A stretch of 64,000 nt of DNA from positions 56,483 to 120,482 of the forward strand of contig PRDH01000081.1 of NCBI GenBank assembly GCA_003345545.1. Reading direction: 5' to 3'. Positions 11,302 through 20,653 of this stretch are shown piece after piece (the stretch's first letter is position 1; each line of letters opens with the position of its first letter). Source of the stretch: Candidatus Thorarchaeota archaeon. Its GTDB lineage: Archaea > Asgardarchaeota > Thorarchaeia > Thorarchaeales > Thorarchaeaceae. A model generated the notes under the pieces. The model made no database searches. It was not told the DNA's origin and saw nothing but the letters and a program-made list of their open reading frames with translations. Both the position numbers and the translations under genes were made by a program.

Positions 11302-11746
11302 GCTTGCGGTTCAATTGGACTCAACGCCGGAAAACTTACCCGCCCAGACAGCCGAATGAGAGCCAGACTGATGATCTTGCTCGACGAGCTGAGAGCTGGT
11401 GCATGGCCATCGTAAATTCGTGCCGTGAGGTATCAGCTTAAGTGCTGCAACGAATGAGATCCTCGCCACCTAGTTGCCAGCCGGGAGTTTAGGCTCTGAC
11501 GGGGCACACTAGGGGGACCGCCAGCGAAAAGCTGGAGGAAGGTGGGGGCCACGGTAGGTCAGTATGCCGCGATATGGGCGGGGCCACACGCGTGCTACAA
11601 TGGCTGGGACAATACGTAACAACGCCGAAAGGTGAAGTCAATCGCGAAACCCAGTCGTAGTCGGGATCGCGGGTTGGAACTCACCCGCGTGAACCTGGAA
11701 TCCCTAGTATCCGCGTGTCACTATCGCGCGGAGAATACGTCCCTGC

Positions 11747-11776
11747 AGGGGACGTGAATCTCACGTACCCGGGGAA
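11747..11776 (+). other. 30-nt BHB intron in 16S (after ~E. coli 1386)
   Basis: Helix CCCT/GGGG, bulges GC^A and AA^T, internal hairpin; removal gives CCCTGCTTCTTGCACACACC. Confidence 0.85.
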
Positions 11777-11879
11777 TTCTTGCACACACCGCCCGTCGCT
11801 CCACGCGAGCTGTTCTTGGGTGAGGCGTCATCCACTGGGTGATTACGAATCTTGGGACGGCAAGTGGGGAGAAGTCGTA

Positions 11880-11909
11880 AAGTTGTTAGACTTCCTAGCG
11901 ACTCGATTA
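11880..11909 (+). other. 30-nt BHB intron in 16S (after ~E. coli 1499)
   Basis: Helix GTCG/CGAT, bulges TA^A and TA^A, 9-bp hairpin; removal restores AAGTCGTAACAAGG. Confidence 0.9.
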
Positions 11910-12003
11910 ACAAGGTATCCGTAGCGGAAGCTGCGGATGGATCACCTCCTAAGTTTTCACCATCTTCAAGATGGTGAAGATTAGCTTGCCTGTCTTCGGA
12001 CAG

Positions 12004-12115
12004 GTAGAGGTACAGGCCTTCGACGGGGAACGCGGTGCAATCGTAAGGTTGCCCCGACGCCAAAGTGGAGAACTTGCTCTTGCTGTCGCTGTTGAGCCAC
12101 CCTTTTCCTTTTTCA
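12004..12115 (+). repeat. 16S 3' trailer repeat copy 1 (resident; processing-stem 3' strand plus T-rich terminator)
   Basis: GTAGAGGTACAGGCCTTCGACGGGGAACGCGGTGCAATCGTAAGGTTGCCCCGACGCCAAAGTGGAGAACTTGCTCTTGCTGTCGCTGTTGAGCCACCCTTTTCCTTTTTCA. Confidence 0.92.
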
Positions 12116-12230
12116 TTCATTTACATATGCAAGTTGACTCTCTATGTGTCATCTTGGAGGAAGTCCTTTCTTGATTTTCTCCAAGAGATCTCGTACCTCG
12201 CCAAACATCGCATCATAATCGATGACTATG

Positions 12231-13442
12231 CTAGAGTATCTCCGGAGTCGATTTTGAATCAATACCTGTGCGAGTCGCGCGAATTCTTCGTCTTCTCCAA
12301 CGAAGACCAAGGATACCAATAGTGAGTGCAATTGCAATTCCAGCGGTTCCAATGACTATCAGTAGAAGGTCCTCTTGACCTGAGAGGAGAAGCATGTCAA
12401 GATTGCCTCCTGCAGAGGTTCTGAGAATACAGCCATCGTATCCTACTACCCATCCGTGCAACTCATCAACGAAACAGACAGCCATCCTGCGACTGCCTAT
12501 GTCGGTAGGAACTGATTGTTGATACCAGGTACTTCCACCATTCGGCGTGTGCATCACAGGGATCTCATCGCCTACGATCCATCCGTGCTGGTCATCAATG
12601 AATTGTATATCTGAACAATATGGAGATCTGAGCCGAAATGAAGGAAGTCTTCCGGGGACAGCCAGCTCCTCCCACGTATGGTCTTGCTCCATGTGGAGGA
12701 GGTAGCCATCACTGACACCCCATGCTTCGTCTTCGTTGGGAAACGATAGGCTCCAGCCTCCCTTATCAAAGACCTTCTCCCAGGTCTCCGCGCCATCATC
12801 GCTATGGTAGATACCATCATAGCCAATCGCCCATACTTCATGCTCGGTCAAGAAATGCATGTCCCGAGGATTATCGTCAAACGTCCAACCAGTCATATTC
12901 TGCCAGGTCTGCCCTCCATCAGTTGTTTTGAAAAGCATCTGCATCGTGGCAGTCCATCCATGGGTCTCATTGAGGAACTCCACCGTACTCATGGTCGACA
13001 GACGATTACTACCCGCAAGAGAGGTATGCCATGACGCTCCACTATCGTTTGTGAAGTAGAGACGACCGAGTCCAGTCACCCATACTGTTCGATCATTCAC
13101 TACCTCAATTTGTCTGAATATCTGCGAATCATCAGCGAGCTGGGTCTCCCAGGTGTCCCCACCGTCTTCTGTGTGAAGAATAATACCACCTCTAGTTATG
13201 TTAGGGTACAATATTCCCACGACCCATCCGTGAGAGGAATTGATGAACTCAACATCACGAAATGTAGCCTCTGGGTAGTCGCTCTCAAGGGATATCCACG
13301 TTGTGGCCTGAGTCTGTGCAGGTCCTATCGACGCTGCATCTGTAGAAGTTATAGGCAGACCTGTGTATGCAAATCCAAGTAGGATCAGCAGTAGTATAGC
13401 ACTGAGCCTGCGACCGGTTCTGGATGTTCTCAGGGGAATCAT
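12231..13442 (-). CDS. Secreted, membrane-anchored YCF48/BNR-repeat beta-propeller protein (cassette cargo)
   Basis: Repeated TxDGGxTW Asp-boxes, F...HGWVVG, signal peptide, C-terminal TM. The ORF-track N-terminus runs through the repeat, so start reset to 13442. Confidence 0.85.
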   Translation of the reverse strand: MIPLRTSRTGRRLSAILLLILLGFAYTGLPITSTDAASIGPAQTQATTWISLESDYPEATFRDVEFINSSHGWVVGILYPNITRGGIILHTEDGGDTWETQLADDSQIFRQIEVVNDRTVWVTGLGRLYFTNDSGASWHTSLAGSNRLSTMSTVEFLNETHGWTATMQMLFKTTDGGQTWQNMTGWTFDDNPRDMHFLTEHEVWAIGYDGIYHSDDGAETWEKVFDKGGWSLSFPNEDEAWGVSDGYLLHMEQDHTWEELAVPGRLPSFRLRSPYCSDIQFIDDQHGWIVGDEIPVMHTPNGGSTWYQQSVPTDIGSRRMAVCFVDELHGWVVGYDGCILRTSAGGNLDMLLLSGQEDLLLIVIGTAGIAIALTIGILGLRWRRRRIRATRTGIDSKSTPEIL

Positions 13443-13518
13443 GCTCAGCTTATTCCTTACAGAATTGGTCTTGAATGAGTTATCATATAGGTCTTTGTCC
13501 ACCTTAGGTGGATACGAA

Positions 13519-13629
13519 GTAGAGGTACAGGCCTTCGACGGGGAACGCGGTGCAATCGTCAGGTTGCCCGATGCCAAAGTGGGGAACTTGCTCGTGCTGT
13601 CGCTGTTGAGCCACCCTTTTCCTTTTTCA
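13519..13629 (+). repeat. 16S trailer repeat copy 2 (long type)
   Basis: Near-identical to copy 1. Confidence 0.92.
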
Positions 13630-13736
13630 CCCATCTATCAGACTCAGTGGACCATTTATCAATTGATTTAAGAATCAGTCTGACTCCAAGTTCCTTGACT
13701 TTGATTACGTGGTAATGATAGGGTGGCTAATGAAGA

Positions 13737-14192
13737 ATGACCAGTGACAGACTGGCAAAATGGATCATGGCTATTACAACTCTGTTTGCCCCCTTTGGCG
13801 TGTACGCTTTCTCAGTACGTAACTCTATCCTCACGGTATCAATGCACGCTGTGTTATGGGGTATCATGCCAGGAGAGTCTGGAAATACTGGGTCGACACT
13901 ATTTGATATGTACATCATTATAGGGAGGGGTTTATTTTATGGCATCTTTAACATCTGGTTTGGCATAGAGGTCATCAGATACTTCAATGACTACACCCGT
14001 AGACGAATGGCCATTCAATCGGGAATCATATCATTACTCTACCCCTTTGCAATGGTCATCATTTCATGGCCTTGGCTTCAACATTCAACAACATTTGAGT
14101 ATCTTGGACCAATTCCCATCCAATTTATCGTTGGTCTCTTGTTGATGAAGTACTTTGGAGAACAAAAACCTCTTGAACCTTGGAGCGATTAA
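13737..14192 (+). CDS. Hypothetical membrane protein (cassette cargo)
   Basis: 151-aa ORF with about 4 TM segments, immediately after repeat copy 2. Confidence 0.75.
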   Translation: MTSDRLAKWIMAITTLFAPFGVYAFSVRNSILTVSMHAVLWGIMPGESGNTGSTLFDMYIIIGRGLFYGIFNIWFGIEVIRYFNDYTRRRMAIQSGIISLLYPFAMVIISWPWLQHSTTFEYLGPIPIQFIVGLLLMKYFGEQKPLEPWSD

Positions 14193-14376
14193 AATAGTGG
14201 CATTTGCTTCTCTATCTACTACCTCGGTGGAAACCCTCTCTTGACACGTTTTAGCATGAATCGCATATTGGTTGAGAGTAGTTAATATTGACCGTTTCAG
14301 ACAACTACATAGAGAGTTGATTCACAATCCCATAGATGAAAGAGTTTAATTCATAACCTTCGGATGGTAGTACATA

Positions 14377-14613
14377 ATGATGAAAGTAAAATTCACTGCT
14401 GTTGTATGGGAAGAAGAGGGGACATACGTTTCCAAATGTCCCGAGATTGATGTATCATCTGCAGGGGACACCGTTGAAGAGGCTCTGGCTAACCTCACAG
14501 AGGCAATAGAGCTCTGGCTCGTCAATGCACGTGAGCTTGGAATCATGGATGAGTATCTTCCGATGATGACTGCCTCTGAGAAGTCCACACGTACGATCGA
14601 GATCAACGTCTGA
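14377..14613 (+). CDS. hicB: HicB-family antitoxin
   Basis: YVSKCPEIDVSSAGDTVEEALANLTEAIELWL. Confidence 0.9.
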   Translation: MMKVKFTAVVWEEEGTYVSKCPEIDVSSAGDTVEEALANLTEAIELWLVNARELGIMDEYLPMMTASEKSTRTIEINV

Positions 14614-14658
14614 GTTCTAGATTTGTATGGCCGTTATAGCTGGCACACAGTGATGTCA

Positions 14659-14892
14659 ATGAGTAAGTTACCTCAGATCAGTAGTAAGAAGCTCATCCGG
14701 AGGTTACTCAAGGCTGGTTTTCAATACGCTCCTGTGAAAGGAAAAGGTAGTCATACCGCTCTCGTCAGGTATGATGATAATCGACCATATCTCGTTATCA
14801 TTCCTCACAGAGATCCGATTCCAAAGGGAACTCTTCTCTCAATCATCAAACAGAGTGGACTATCAAAAGAGAAATTTCTAGGCTTGTTATGA
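14659..14892 (+). CDS. hicA: HicA-family toxin
   Basis: GF...KGSH, VIIPH...IPKGTLLSIIKQSGL. Confidence 0.9.
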   Translation: MSKLPQISSKKLIRRLLKAGFQYAPVKGKGSHTALVRYDDNRPYLVIIPHRDPIPKGTLLSIIKQSGLSKEKFLGLL

Positions 14893-14940
14893 AGATTCGA
14901 GTACTCCTTTTGAAGGACTGACTTGTTCATCCCAAATGAA

Positions 14941-15047
14941 TACAGGTCTTCGACGGCGGGGAACGCGGTGCAATCGTCAGGTTGCCCGATGCCAAAGTGG
15001 GGAACTTGCTCGTGCTGTTCGCTGTTGAGCCACCCTTTCGTTTTTCA
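14941..15047 (+). repeat. 16S trailer repeat copy 3 (long type)
   Basis: TACAGGTCTTCGACGG...GCTGTTGAGCCACCCTTTCGTTTTTCA. Confidence 0.9.
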
Positions 15048-15091
15048 CTAGTTACTTCAATCAGTGCTGATTGAGGTTGAATGCAGGAGTT

Positions 15092-15298
15092 TCAAGTCTC
15101 TCTGTAACTGAGTTTCAATATTGCTAGAGCCACTGCAGATAGACCTAATGCAAGCACGATCATTTGAGCTCCAGCTATCACATCTGCGTTGAAGCCGCCC
15201 GATAGACTACCCAAGAGTAATGTTGCTGTTAATAATGCTAACACTACTAGAATATACACCAAAACTGATAGAACTCTCTGATGATTAATTGGAAACAC
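15092..15298 (-). CDS. Small two-TM membrane protein (cassette cargo)
   Basis: 68 aa, two hydrophobic helices; only plausible gene between copies 3 and 4. Confidence 0.6.
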   Translation of the reverse strand: MFPINHQRVLSVLVYILVVLALLTATLLLGSLSGGFNADVIAGAQMIVLALGLSAVALAILKLSYRET

Positions 15299-15404
15299 CT
15301 CCCAGTATTACATAACTAGAGATTCACTCAGAAGAACCTTCCTCTTCTATCCTAGTATTCCATGTTATCAGCTTTTCCGAATGCATATCTCTCTGATGGA
15401 CCTC

Positions 15405-15480
15405 GGGTACGGACCAACGGGGTCGGACTGTCGGGGAACTTGCCCCTGCTGTCGCTGTTGAGCCACCCCTTCATTCTTCA
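15405..15480 (+). repeat. 16S trailer repeat copy 4 (short type)
   Basis: GGGGAACTTGCCCCTGCTGTCGCTGTTGAGCCACCCCTTCATTCTTCA; lacks the GCAATC/GGTTGC hairpin. Confidence 0.85.
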
Positions 15481-15512
15481 GCTGGCTGTTTGAGTGCAGA
15501 TTGATGGAGGAG

Positions 15513-15541
15513 TTTATATATCTACATCTACACATGTAGAT
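15513..15541 (+). promoter_or_regulatory. TATA box plus inverted-repeat operator upstream of vapBC
   Basis: TTTATATA followed by ATCTACA-CA-TGTAGAT. Confidence 0.6.
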
Positions 15542-15552
15542 TGTGAAGTAGT

Positions 15553-15801
15553 ATGACATCAAAGACAATCTCTGTGACAGAAGATGTCTACAACCTTCTC
15601 CGGAAGATGCGATTACCTGGTGAGAGTTTCGGTGATACCATCAACCGACTATGTAAGTCCAAGACATCACTCTCTCTCCGTATATGGGCTGAGTCCTCCG
15701 ATGGCTGGAGCGATTTGACCCCTGAAGAAGCTACACGACTGGAAAACACCCTTGAAACAATCCGCATCACACTTCATCCCGAAGAGGTCGATCTAGATTG
15801 A
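15553..15801 (+). CDS. vapB: VapB-type antitoxin (archaeal)
   Basis: KTISVTEDVYNLL...GESFGDTINRL; overlaps PIN gene. Confidence 0.88.
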   Translation: MTSKTISVTEDVYNLLRKMRLPGESFGDTINRLCKSKTSLSLRIWAESSDGWSDLTPEEATRLENTLETIRITLHPEEVDLD

Positions 15802-16205
15802 TCTTCTTGGACACCACCCTTCTTGTAGACATCCTGAGAAAGGATAGGGTGGCAATCTCATGGCTGAATGACCTTGAAGAGCAAGCTCTGTATACATCAG
15901 AAATCAATGTCTTTGAACTATATACCGGCCTCTTCCGCGTTTCCCAAGGTTCTACTACAAAAAGAAAGAAGAGGGCTCTCGAGCTCGAGCAACTTCTCTC
16001 CAGGATGGAAGTACTTACGTTTGACAGAAATGCTGCCATTGAATCCGCGAAGATACTCTCCCTCCTGATGAGCAGAGGAGAACCCATTGGTACGCGTGAC
16101 ATCATGATTGCTGGTGTGGCACTATCCACGGGGATAACACAGCTAGTGACACGCAATATCCAAGAGTTCCAAAGGATTCCAGGTATACGTGTTGACTCCT
16201 ACTAG
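15798..16205 (+). CDS. vapC: VapC PIN-domain toxin
   Basis: IFLDTTLLVD, ELYTG, DIMIAGVAL, LVTRN..EF. Confidence 0.92.
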   Translation: MIFLDTTLLVDILRKDRVAISWLNDLEEQALYTSEINVFELYTGLFRVSQGSTTKRKKRALELEQLLSRMEVLTFDRNAAIESAKILSLLMSRGEPIGTRDIMIAGVALSTGITQLVTRNIQEFQRIPGIRVDSY

Positions 16206-16683
16206 ATTGACTTCTTGCATGAATCAATAATCACGAAGCATAGAATGGTTCAATAACCTTGAAGCATATGAAGGCTGAAACCGTGTTAATCTCATTGCTG
16301 TTCTGTGGCAGTTCCCTGCAATCTCAGACGCCCCTCATTTCGAGATACTCTCTAGTCTTCGGTTGGTTTTCTTCATAGTTGTAATGACATACATCTGGTC
16401 TTCGCACTATCAGTCAATGAGTACTTACAAGGAAAATCAACTGCATTCAGGGTCTCCATACTCTGGGCTGTCAGTCAGACGCCTATTCATGTACTTAGCC
16501 TTCCCCGTTGTTTTACAGGGTCATATCCTGGATCGATCTTCTACACCGGTCCTACATTCATAATTCTGATTGCCGGGTTGCTCTTGATGAAGCTCGTTCG
16601 GCAACGCAGCAATAGGCTGTGGGTCGAGTCTACTCAGTAGGACACTCTCGAGACGATGAATCATGCATATGCTTTCAAGGCAA

Positions 16684-16771
16684 AATGCAGTGCAATCTTC
16701 AGGTTGCCCCGACGCCAAGGTGGGGAACTTGCCCCTGCTGTTCGCTGTTGAGCCACCCTTTTCTTTTTACA
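16684..16771 (+). repeat. 16S trailer repeat copy 5 (long type, 5' truncated)
   Basis: GTGCAATCTTCAGGTTGCCCCGACGCC...GCTGTTGAGCCACCCTTTTC. Confidence 0.9.
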
Positions 16772-16927
16772 ATATCTTTCAGAATGAGTTGAGTCTATTT
16801 TCTATCATGAGATCATTGTGATATTGAGATGTCCGTTAGAATTCTCTTCACATCATCTATTGTCAACAATCTGAAATGGACCATTATTGATGGTGTTTTT
16901 TTGAGCATCTCTATTGATTCAATCGAA

Positions 16928-17344
16928 TTAGATATTGGTCGGGTCAAGTCTTGTTAGACCTTCTATTCTATCATAGATACGATCTGTTGAAGCAATAGTA
17001 TGATCCGGATTGTCATTACTGAGTGAAACTGCTGCATAAATCGCATCAAAGATGGAACCCAATCTATAATTCTCCAAGAGATATAGCGCTGCTAGTTGAT
17101 GATCAATTGTAGAAGGGACAACTGAGATATTTGGGAACGTAACAACGTGACTTATGATATCACGAACTGAGGACACACCAGTGAGGTTTCTCAAGACATA
17201 GTAAAGTTCTATGGAGAAGATACTTGGAACAAGGACACTCCCGAACTTACCTTCTTCAATACTTGAGAAAAGTCGAGTCGCATGCGTTTTTAGATTGTCA
17301 TTCTTCTTATAGAACGCCAAGATCATATCGTTCTCGATTAGCAT
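16928..17344 (-). CDS. PIN-domain (VapC-like) toxin
   Basis: MLIENDMILA, IELYYV, IFDAIYAA, IASTDRIYD. Confidence 0.85.
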   Translation of the reverse strand: MLIENDMILAFYKKNDNLKTHATRLFSSIEEGKFGSVLVPSIFSIELYYVLRNLTGVSSVRDIISHVVTFPNISVVPSTIDHQLAALYLLENYRLGSIFDAIYAAVSLSNDNPDHTIASTDRIYDRIEGLTRLDPTNI

Positions 17345-17574
17345 TCCGTTTCTTTCCGCCTCCATCGTTTGGATACATCCTTCGCAATCTCTGCATCTGC
17401 TTTGGCAAGGAGGTCCGCAATTGGTCCCTCAATATCCAATTCTGGTTTATCAGAGGGGATAGGAAAGAGGATATGATAAGATCCAATGGTAAGGAGAAGA
17501 AAAGTATCTCCTTCGAGTCCTGCCTTTCTTGGGATTCTGATGCGTCTTTGATCATCCATTCGAACTCTTACCAT
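17338..17574 (-). CDS. AbrB/MazE-like antitoxin
   Basis: VRMDDQRRIRIPRK; overlaps PIN gene; GAGGTG Shine-Dalgarno (SD). Confidence 0.8.
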   Translation of the reverse strand: MVRVRMDDQRRIRIPRKAGLEGDTFLLLTIGSYHILFPIPSDKPELDIEGPIADLLAKADAEIAKDVSKRWRRKETEC

Positions 17575-17620
17575 CAAGATGAACACCTCGTATGATTGTA
17601 AGACAAATATGATTTAAAGA

Positions 17621-17652
17621 TATGGATGAAATTCACACTTTATGGATGAAAT
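17621..17652. promoter_or_regulatory. 12-bp direct repeat (TATGGATGAAAT x2), possible operator of the AbrB-PIN module
   Basis: Copies at 17621 and 17641, next to a TTTAAA box. Confidence 0.45.
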
Positions 17653-17720
17653 ATGTATATATTGACCTATTTCTATCAGGCTACAATATTCGGCGACATC
17701 TCATTCGATTGATTCAGGGA

Positions 17721-17786
17721 GTATCCGACGCGGAAGCTGCGGATGGAAGAAGTTGAGATTTCCTCATCTTCCATCACTCACCTCCT
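17721..17786 (+). pseudogene. Orphan 16S rRNA 3'-end fragment (h45 plus anti-SD) with its own 30-nt BHB intron (17748-17777)
   Basis: GTATCCGACGCGGAAGCTGCGGATGGA[intron]TCACCTCCT versus resident GTATCCGTAGCGGAAGCTGCGGATGGATCACCTCCT. Confidence 0.9.
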
Positions 17787-17951
17787 ATTTTTTCTACTTC
17801 ATAGAGGTAGAAGCAGCTTGGCTCGCAGTCCTTCGGGGCTGTGGGAGAAGTACGGGCCTTCGACAGCGGGGAACGCGGTGCAATCGTCAGGTTGCCCCGA
17901 CGCCAAAGTGGGGAACTTGCTCTTGCTGCGGCTGTTGAGCCACCCTTTTCG
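17787..17951 (+). repeat. 16S trailer repeat copy 6 (complete trailer with both upstream hairpins)
   Basis: Hairpin, AGCTTG, UUCG hairpin, then repeat; same layout as 11951-12115. Confidence 0.9.
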
Positions 17952-18050
17952 TTGTCTATCGTCAATTTCGGATGAGTGTAAGTCAGGTTTATCTTCTCTC
18001 TCGTTTGCTTTCAGGTTTAAATATGTGACTTGACCAAGTGGGAATAATCA

Positions 18051-18818
18051 GTGAAAGTCAAATGTTTTGATTGTGATGAAGTGATTGAAGCGGACAGCCT
18101 TGAAATGCTAGCAGATGTTTTTGTGACACATGGTATAAGGATCCATTCTTGGGAGTATCCCGAAGAGGCGATAAGAAATTACGCCTGCAATTACGCAGAA
18201 GCAGTAGAGCGACTCACAGGTGATACAGCAAGAAAAGAGGAAATTGGCGAAATCACGATACATCCAGTCACAAAGGACTCCATAGATGATTGGTTACATT
18301 TTTTCGATCATGATGGTTTCGCCGATAATCCTGGGTGGGCATCCTGCTACTGCCTCCAACCACATTTACCTACGACAGATGAGAACCTAGATCGTCCATG
18401 GCGTGAATCACGATCAATCATGGTCAAACGCCTCTTAAAGGGAGAAACATTTGGGTACTTAGCGTATGTTGATAACAAACCAGTGGGATGGGTAAACGCT
18501 TCTTTGTGCAGTGAGTATAAGCTTCTTCAACAAAGCGATCCGAATGGTCCTGAGTCAGCATCAATAATTGGTATCTCGTGTTTCGTGGTTGCTCCGCCCT
18601 ATAGAAGACATGGAATTGCGTCAGCCTTACTCGATCGTGTTATTGCGGACGCTGCCTCCCGTGGTGCATTGTGGATTGAGGGCTACCCTCGCAATAAGCC
18701 CGAGAGTAAAGATGACGCGCACTTTCGAGGACCTAGTAGTATGTACACTAATCGTGGATTCCAACCAGTTGTTGTTCGAGGACGTGATACTGTAATGCGT
18801 TTGCAGGTACACTATTGA
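18051..18818 (+). CDS. GNAT acetyltransferase with N-terminal CxxC domain (cassette cargo)
   Basis: CFVVAPPYRRHGIASALL; IEGYP. Confidence 0.85.
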   Translation: MKVKCFDCDEVIEADSLEMLADVFVTHGIRIHSWEYPEEAIRNYACNYAEAVERLTGDTARKEEIGEITIHPVTKDSIDDWLHFFDHDGFADNPGWASCYCLQPHLPTTDENLDRPWRESRSIMVKRLLKGETFGYLAYVDNKPVGWVNASLCSEYKLLQQSDPNGPESASIIGISCFVVAPPYRRHGIASALLDRVIADAASRGALWIEGYPRNKPESKDDAHFRGPSSMYTNRGFQPVVVRGRDTVMRLQVHY

Positions 18819-18862
18819 CTTCCCTTCAATGAAATTATAAGTAATCATCAACATTATGATTT

Positions 18863-19060
18863 ATGATAGATATGGGCGAGACCACTACGATTCCACTGAC
18901 TAAAGAGACACGTGATCTCCTGAAGAAACATGGTCAGAAGGGAGAGACCTACGACGAACTAATTCGTCGTCTTCTTCAGATAGCCGAACAAGTGGAGTTT
19001 GCCAGAAGACAGAAACGAATTCTCGAGGAAGAGGAGTTCGTTCCACTTGACCAAGTATAG
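18863..19060 (+). CDS. RHH-type antitoxin
   Basis: TTIPLTKETRDLL...GETYDELIRRL; overlaps relE. Confidence 0.8.
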   Translation: MIDMGETTTIPLTKETRDLLKKHGQKGETYDELIRRLLQIAEQVEFARRQKRILEEEEFVPLDQV

Positions 19061-19328
19061 GGTCTTGCTGTCCAGAACAGCAGTTGCGCAGTTAGACTTA
19101 CTGAACCCCAAACAGAAGAATCGGGTCAAATCGAGTCTAGAACAGTTGGAAGACGACCCGTTTCGAAGACGTTCTGGCGCGGACATCAAGAGACCTCTCA
19201 CTCATGGCGAACTACCTCTCTACCGATTACGCATAGGTGACCATCGCGCCATTTACTTCGTGATAGAACATGAAGTCAGAGCCACTGAAATAATCCATAG
19301 AAGTAGAGGATACAAATGGTTGGAGTAG
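19047..19328 (+). CDS. relE: RelE/ParE-family toxin
   Basis: YRVLLSRTA...LYRLRIGDHRAIY...IIHRSRGY; likely TTG start at 19047. Confidence 0.88.
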   Translation: MTKYRVLLSRTAVAQLDLLNPKQKNRVKSSLEQLEDDPFRRRSGADIKRPLTHGELPLYRLRIGDHRAIYFVIEHEVRATEIIHRSRGYKWLE

Positions 19329-19348
19329 CTCACCTCAGATAGAGTTTC

Positions 19349-19453
19349 GAAGTAGAGGGGGCGGCGAACGCGGTGCAATCGTAAGGTTGCCTCGACGCCA
19401 AAGTGGAGAACTTGCTCTTGCTGTTCGCTGTTGAGCCACCCTTTCATTTTTCA
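19349..19453 (+). repeat. 16S trailer repeat copy 7 (long type)
   Basis: GAAGTAGAG...GAACGCGGTGCAATCGTAAGGTTGCC...GCTGTTGAGCCACCCTTTCATTTTTCA. Confidence 0.9.
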
Positions 19454-19516
19454 TTAGAGCATTACTCAAATTCCTCTATCATAGTAGTGATATTTGGAAA
19501 TGTGAAGGATTGAATT

Positions 19517-19678
19517 ATGAAGAAGAACGCAACTCTCTTTGAATGTGAGGAATGCCATCTGCTGTATGATGAAGAAAGCTGGGCAAAGAAGTGTGAGCAG
19601 TGGTGTATCGAGCACAAATCATGCAATCTAGAAATAGCTCGGCACGCAACGAAACAATCCAAGCTATCACTCTCATAG
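19517..19678 (+). CDS. Small Cys-rich zinc-finger-like protein (53 aa, not in ORF track; cassette cargo)
   Basis: MKKNATLFECEECHLLYDEESWAKKCEQWCIEHKSCNLEIARHA... Confidence 0.75.
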   Translation: MKKNATLFECEECHLLYDEESWAKKCEQWCIEHKSCNLEIARHATKQSKLSLS

Positions 19679-19707
19679 TATGCTCACCAAGCGTTTCATA
19701 CGGACAC

Positions 19708-19782
19708 GAAGTAGTGGCGGAGGGGACGGGTGATTTGGGAACTTTCCTTTAGTTTGTCGCTGTTGAGCCACTCTTTTTTCAT
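19708..19782 (+). repeat. 16S trailer repeat copy 8 (short, degenerate)
   Basis: GAAGTAG...GGGAACTTT...GTCGCTGTTGAGCCACTCTTTTTTCA. Confidence 0.75.
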
Positions 19783-19903
19783 TCATCTATTCTTATGACT
19801 GGACTCTCGTTTTTGTTCGAATAAATTCCCGACTGTCACAACTCTAATATGATATTGTGATCTACATCTACTTTGAGTGGGCTAACTAGGATGGAGGTCA
19901 AAG

Positions 19904-20653
19904 ATGGCTGGCAATAGTCTTGGACTCAGTCCTCTTCAGAAGAGCATGATTATAGGCTATGCCTTCTTTGTTGTTGCGTACAGTCTAAGCATCATGACCG
20001 CACTCTTGATTGGAGGTATCGGAGGACTTGTGCCTAGGGGCTCTCTCTGGTTCCGGGTGACCTACGACCTGCTCAGGCAGAGCACCAATCTTGCAATGCC
20101 GGTGTTCATCTCCATTCTCCCCCTGTTAGTCATGCTCAACCTGAACTATATATGGTTCAAACACCTATCCACGTCCGAGCCTCTCTCTGCAAGGAAAGTG
20201 TCTATTCAGACTGTCCTTGGCGTCTTCGTTGCTCTTCCTCTCTTGATACTTGCCGTGAGCATGATGGTCGTTTCTGCAGAGTCGATTATCGGGTGGTATG
20301 AACAATGGCCTGTCTATGGTGTTATTTTCTTCGTCGTATCTCTGCTGTACATGCTTGTAATCTCCGTCATCTCAGCAAGTGAGAAGAAGCGGTTCCTAGT
20401 TCAAAGTCTTACGAGTGCTCGCCTGTGGGTGCCATATGTCCTCGTCTCCGTCTTGCTGGCTTTCCCAGTTGCTGGAGTAATTCTCCCCTTCTTCAAGGGG
20501 TATTGGATGTCAATTCCTCTTGGCCGAGCGTTAGACACTTTTTTGAGAGCATTCTGGGTATCCTTGGTCCTGCCGGTTCTTCCGTACATATTTGCTCGCC
20601 TAAGCGTGAAACCTGATTCTCCTAGCGGATTCTCAGATGAAGGCTCGAAGTAG
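19904..20653 (+). CDS. Hypothetical multi-pass membrane protein (cassette cargo)
   Basis: About 6 TM segments; stop codon is the TAG of the repeat's GAAGTAG 5' motif. Confidence 0.75.
   Translation: MAGNSLGLSPLQKSMIIGYAFFVVAYSLSIMTALLIGGIGGLVPRGSLWFRVTYDLLRQSTNLAMPVFISILPLLVMLNLNYIWFKHLSTSEPLSARKVSIQTVLGVFVALPLLILAVSMMVVSAESIIGWYEQWPVYGVIFFVVSLLYMLVISVISASEKKRFLVQSLTSARLWVPYVLVSVLLAFPVAGVILPFFKGYWMSIPLGRALDTFLRAFWVSLVLPVLPYIFARLSVKPDSPSGFSDEGSK

Noticed and set aside
12004-12115. Repeat as a group II intron domain V/VI, tRNA or 5S rRNA
   Set aside because: No domain V catalytic triad hairpin, cloverleaf or 5S signature was seen; complementarity to the 16S leader explains it.
19502-19519. 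In-frame TGA just upstream of the zinc-finger ORF as selenocysteine
   Set aside because: It is not in a Cys-motif position, no SECIS was identified, and an ATG follows two codons later.
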